A program made the translations under genes and the position numbers. Below, in pieces: positions 61,987 through 64,000 of a stretch of DNA of 64,000 nt (its first letter is position 1; each line of letters opens with the position of its first letter). Under the pieces are notes generated by a model, which saw only the letters and a list, made by a program, of their open reading frames with translations, was not told the origin of the DNA and ran no database searches. Source of the stretch: Convolutriloba macropyga (taxonomy: Eukaryota). The stretch is from the NCBI RefSeq assembly GCF_964194025.1, contig NC_134480.1:23560001-23624000 (forward strand), written 5' to 3'.

Positions 61987-64000
61987 TCACAACCTCCCTC
62001 CTTTTTTAAGCAAGTTTGTCGGTATAGGTTCTCCAAATCTGTCGGGTTGTTTTCTGTTTCTTGTTGATGTTCGTGAACGGTCTGAGGTTTTGGGTTGTTT
62101 GTGCTCTGCAGATGATGTGGCTACAGAAGCTTCATCTTGAAGTGAAGGTCCAACATCTGTGTTCTGAAGTTGTTGATCTGATTGAGATTTGGTCTCCTCC
62201 ACTGCTGGTTCAGTTTTCACATTGTCCTCGTCTAGTCTCGCAATTTGGTTGTCGCTCACTAGAATACTCCGTGCTGAGTTTTTGGGCTGCATGAAAGATG
62301 TGTTCAAGTCCTTCCTGATGATGAAGGTAGCAAAAACTGTCTTTGTCTTTTCGTTGGCCTTGAACAGAATGGGTTTGCACAAGTGAAAATCTGCTATTGC
62401 TGGTAGTCTCACTCTGCGCCCCAGCAAGAGTTCAACTGGAGTTTTGTCCCTCGTCTTTGAATTGTTGCGATGTGTCATCAGTGCCCTTTGCAGGAATGCT
62501 CCAAATGACACATTAAGGTTGGGACTCCACGCTTGAAGTGCCCGCTTCACTGACTGTACTGCTCTTTCAGCTAGTCCATTAGCTCTTGGATGATAGACGG
62601 TTGATTCCATTTTCTTGATTCCCAGTGATTCACACAACTGTTTAAGGTCAACACTTACAAATTCAGGACCATTATCAGATGATAAAGTTTTTGGTATTCC
62701 GAATCTTGCAAAGATTTGACTAAGATATATTTTCAACTGTTTCTGATGTTCTATTTCCCGCGGGGAAAGCTTCTATCTAACCAAAATCAAAGATATTGCC
62801 TTGGTCCCTAATATAACCCCAGTCCATGTGGAGCCGTTCCCAAACGTCGGCTTTTGGCCACGTAGAGACTGTTTTCCCCAGGCTAGGCCTGTTCATTTGA
62901 CAATTCTTACATTTACTACCAAAGTGTTGAACGTCTTGGGTAATTCCAGGCCACCATGCTATCATTCCGACGGTTGCCTCAGTTGCAATCTTCCTGGGAT
63001 GTGTTTCACGCAATTTTGCCAAAACCAAGTGCCGTAGTTTGGGTGGATTGAAAGGAACAACACCTCTGAAGATGATTCCATTATGAAAAGTAAGTGGATC
63101 TTTCTGTTGTTCGAATCCTTTTTCCGCTTCTGAACATTGTTTCCAATTGCCGCTTTTGATTCGTTTCATTATGTCCTGGAAGAGTGTTTGTTCCAAGTTC
63201 AGTTTCGATTTCTGCTTGGGTCACTAAATCACTCTGAGCGAATTAGATGTTATTGATTGCGAAGCACACTCGATTGTTGTCCAATTCGTCTTCGTCAAAA
63301 TCCATTCTGCTCAAAGCATCTGCAAGGGGTATCTACTCTCCTGGTGTGTACTTCAACTCATAGTCGAAACCCATTAGAGCTATTGCCCATATTGTTATTC
63401 TCGCTGATGCTGTCTTCGGGATCTCCTCGTCTGGTGCAAAGAGTGGTTTGTGGTCAGTCTGTAGGATAAATCGTTTTCCAAGAATAAATTGCGTAAGTTT
63501 TGTGACCACAAACACAATTGCCAGTGCTTCCCGCTCTATTTTCGTGTATTTTCGCTGCGCTGGAGTCAATTTTCTCGATACATATATAACTGGATTTCCT
63601 TCTTGCGAAAGAACCCCGCCAATGGCTTTTTCAAAGGCGTCAGTAGTAACTGTTGCTTCTTTCTGTAGACTATATGGCTGTACTAGTGGGTTAGCTCATA
63701 ATTCATTTTTTATGTCTGCAAAGGCTTTTTGTTGCATTTTGCCCTATGAGAAATCGCTAATTCTCATGTTATTAAGGGTAGCATTTTTGTTGCAAAATCA
63801 GGAATCATTCTTCCGTAAAAATTAGCTAACCCAACAAACGATTCGAGTGGTTTGTTGTTAGTTGGTTCTTTTGCATTTTTTTAAAATTTTTTCAACATGT
63901 TTGGGATCTGGTGCTTTTCCCTCCTTTGAAATGGAGTATCCAGAAAAAGCTAACGCTATCGACTGGTTTTGAGTTAGATTTTTTCTCATTAATAGAAAAA
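61987..64000 (-). mobile_element. Ty3/Gypsy (Mag-like) pol pseudogene: RT end, RNase H and integrase; 3' LTR begins at 61991 and extends leftwards
   Basis: TDAFEKAIGGVLSQ, TPAQRKYTKIEREALAIVF, LQTDHKPL; H-P..WWPGITQDV..CKNCQ, WERLHMDW; FARFGIPKTLSSDNGPEF, YHPRANGLAERAV; PPT AAAAAAGGAGGGAGGT then TGTGATAG. Frameshifted. Confidence 0.93.

Overview
AT-rich eukaryotic, animal-like DNA with GT-AG introns and (T)TTCAG acceptors; the host cannot be identified from the sequence alone. From left to right: (1) the right part of a decayed Polinton/Maverick (adintovirus-like) element (1-~5770), with a frameshifted protein-primed PolB and small intact accessory ORFs; (2) the last three exons of a dienelactone hydrolase gene, whose 5' exon was not found, so the Polinton probably lies in its intron; (3) a two-exon VPS29; (4) two three-exon single-pass membrane protein genes that the ORF track shows only as fragments (22934-29213 +; 39848-42391 -). 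The second of these gains an ITAM-like YxxL-x7-YxxL only after splicing; (5) a decayed CR1/L2-type LINE, an old internally deleted Copia element with both LTRs, and a Gypsy pol fragment; (6) an intronless 426-aa type II membrane GT-A-like glycosyltransferase. Introns and intergenic DNA are packed with nested non-autonomous elements: at least three Helentron/HINE-like families sharing a hairpin-plus-TATG|TT end, and CCCAGG-terminated MITEs with 2-bp target duplications. The strongest leads are the ITAM-bearing transmembrane adaptor candidate, 21-bp palindromic in-frame micro-insertions in the viral PolB, the intronless glycosyltransferase and the nested HINE system. All gene models and alignments were read by eye.
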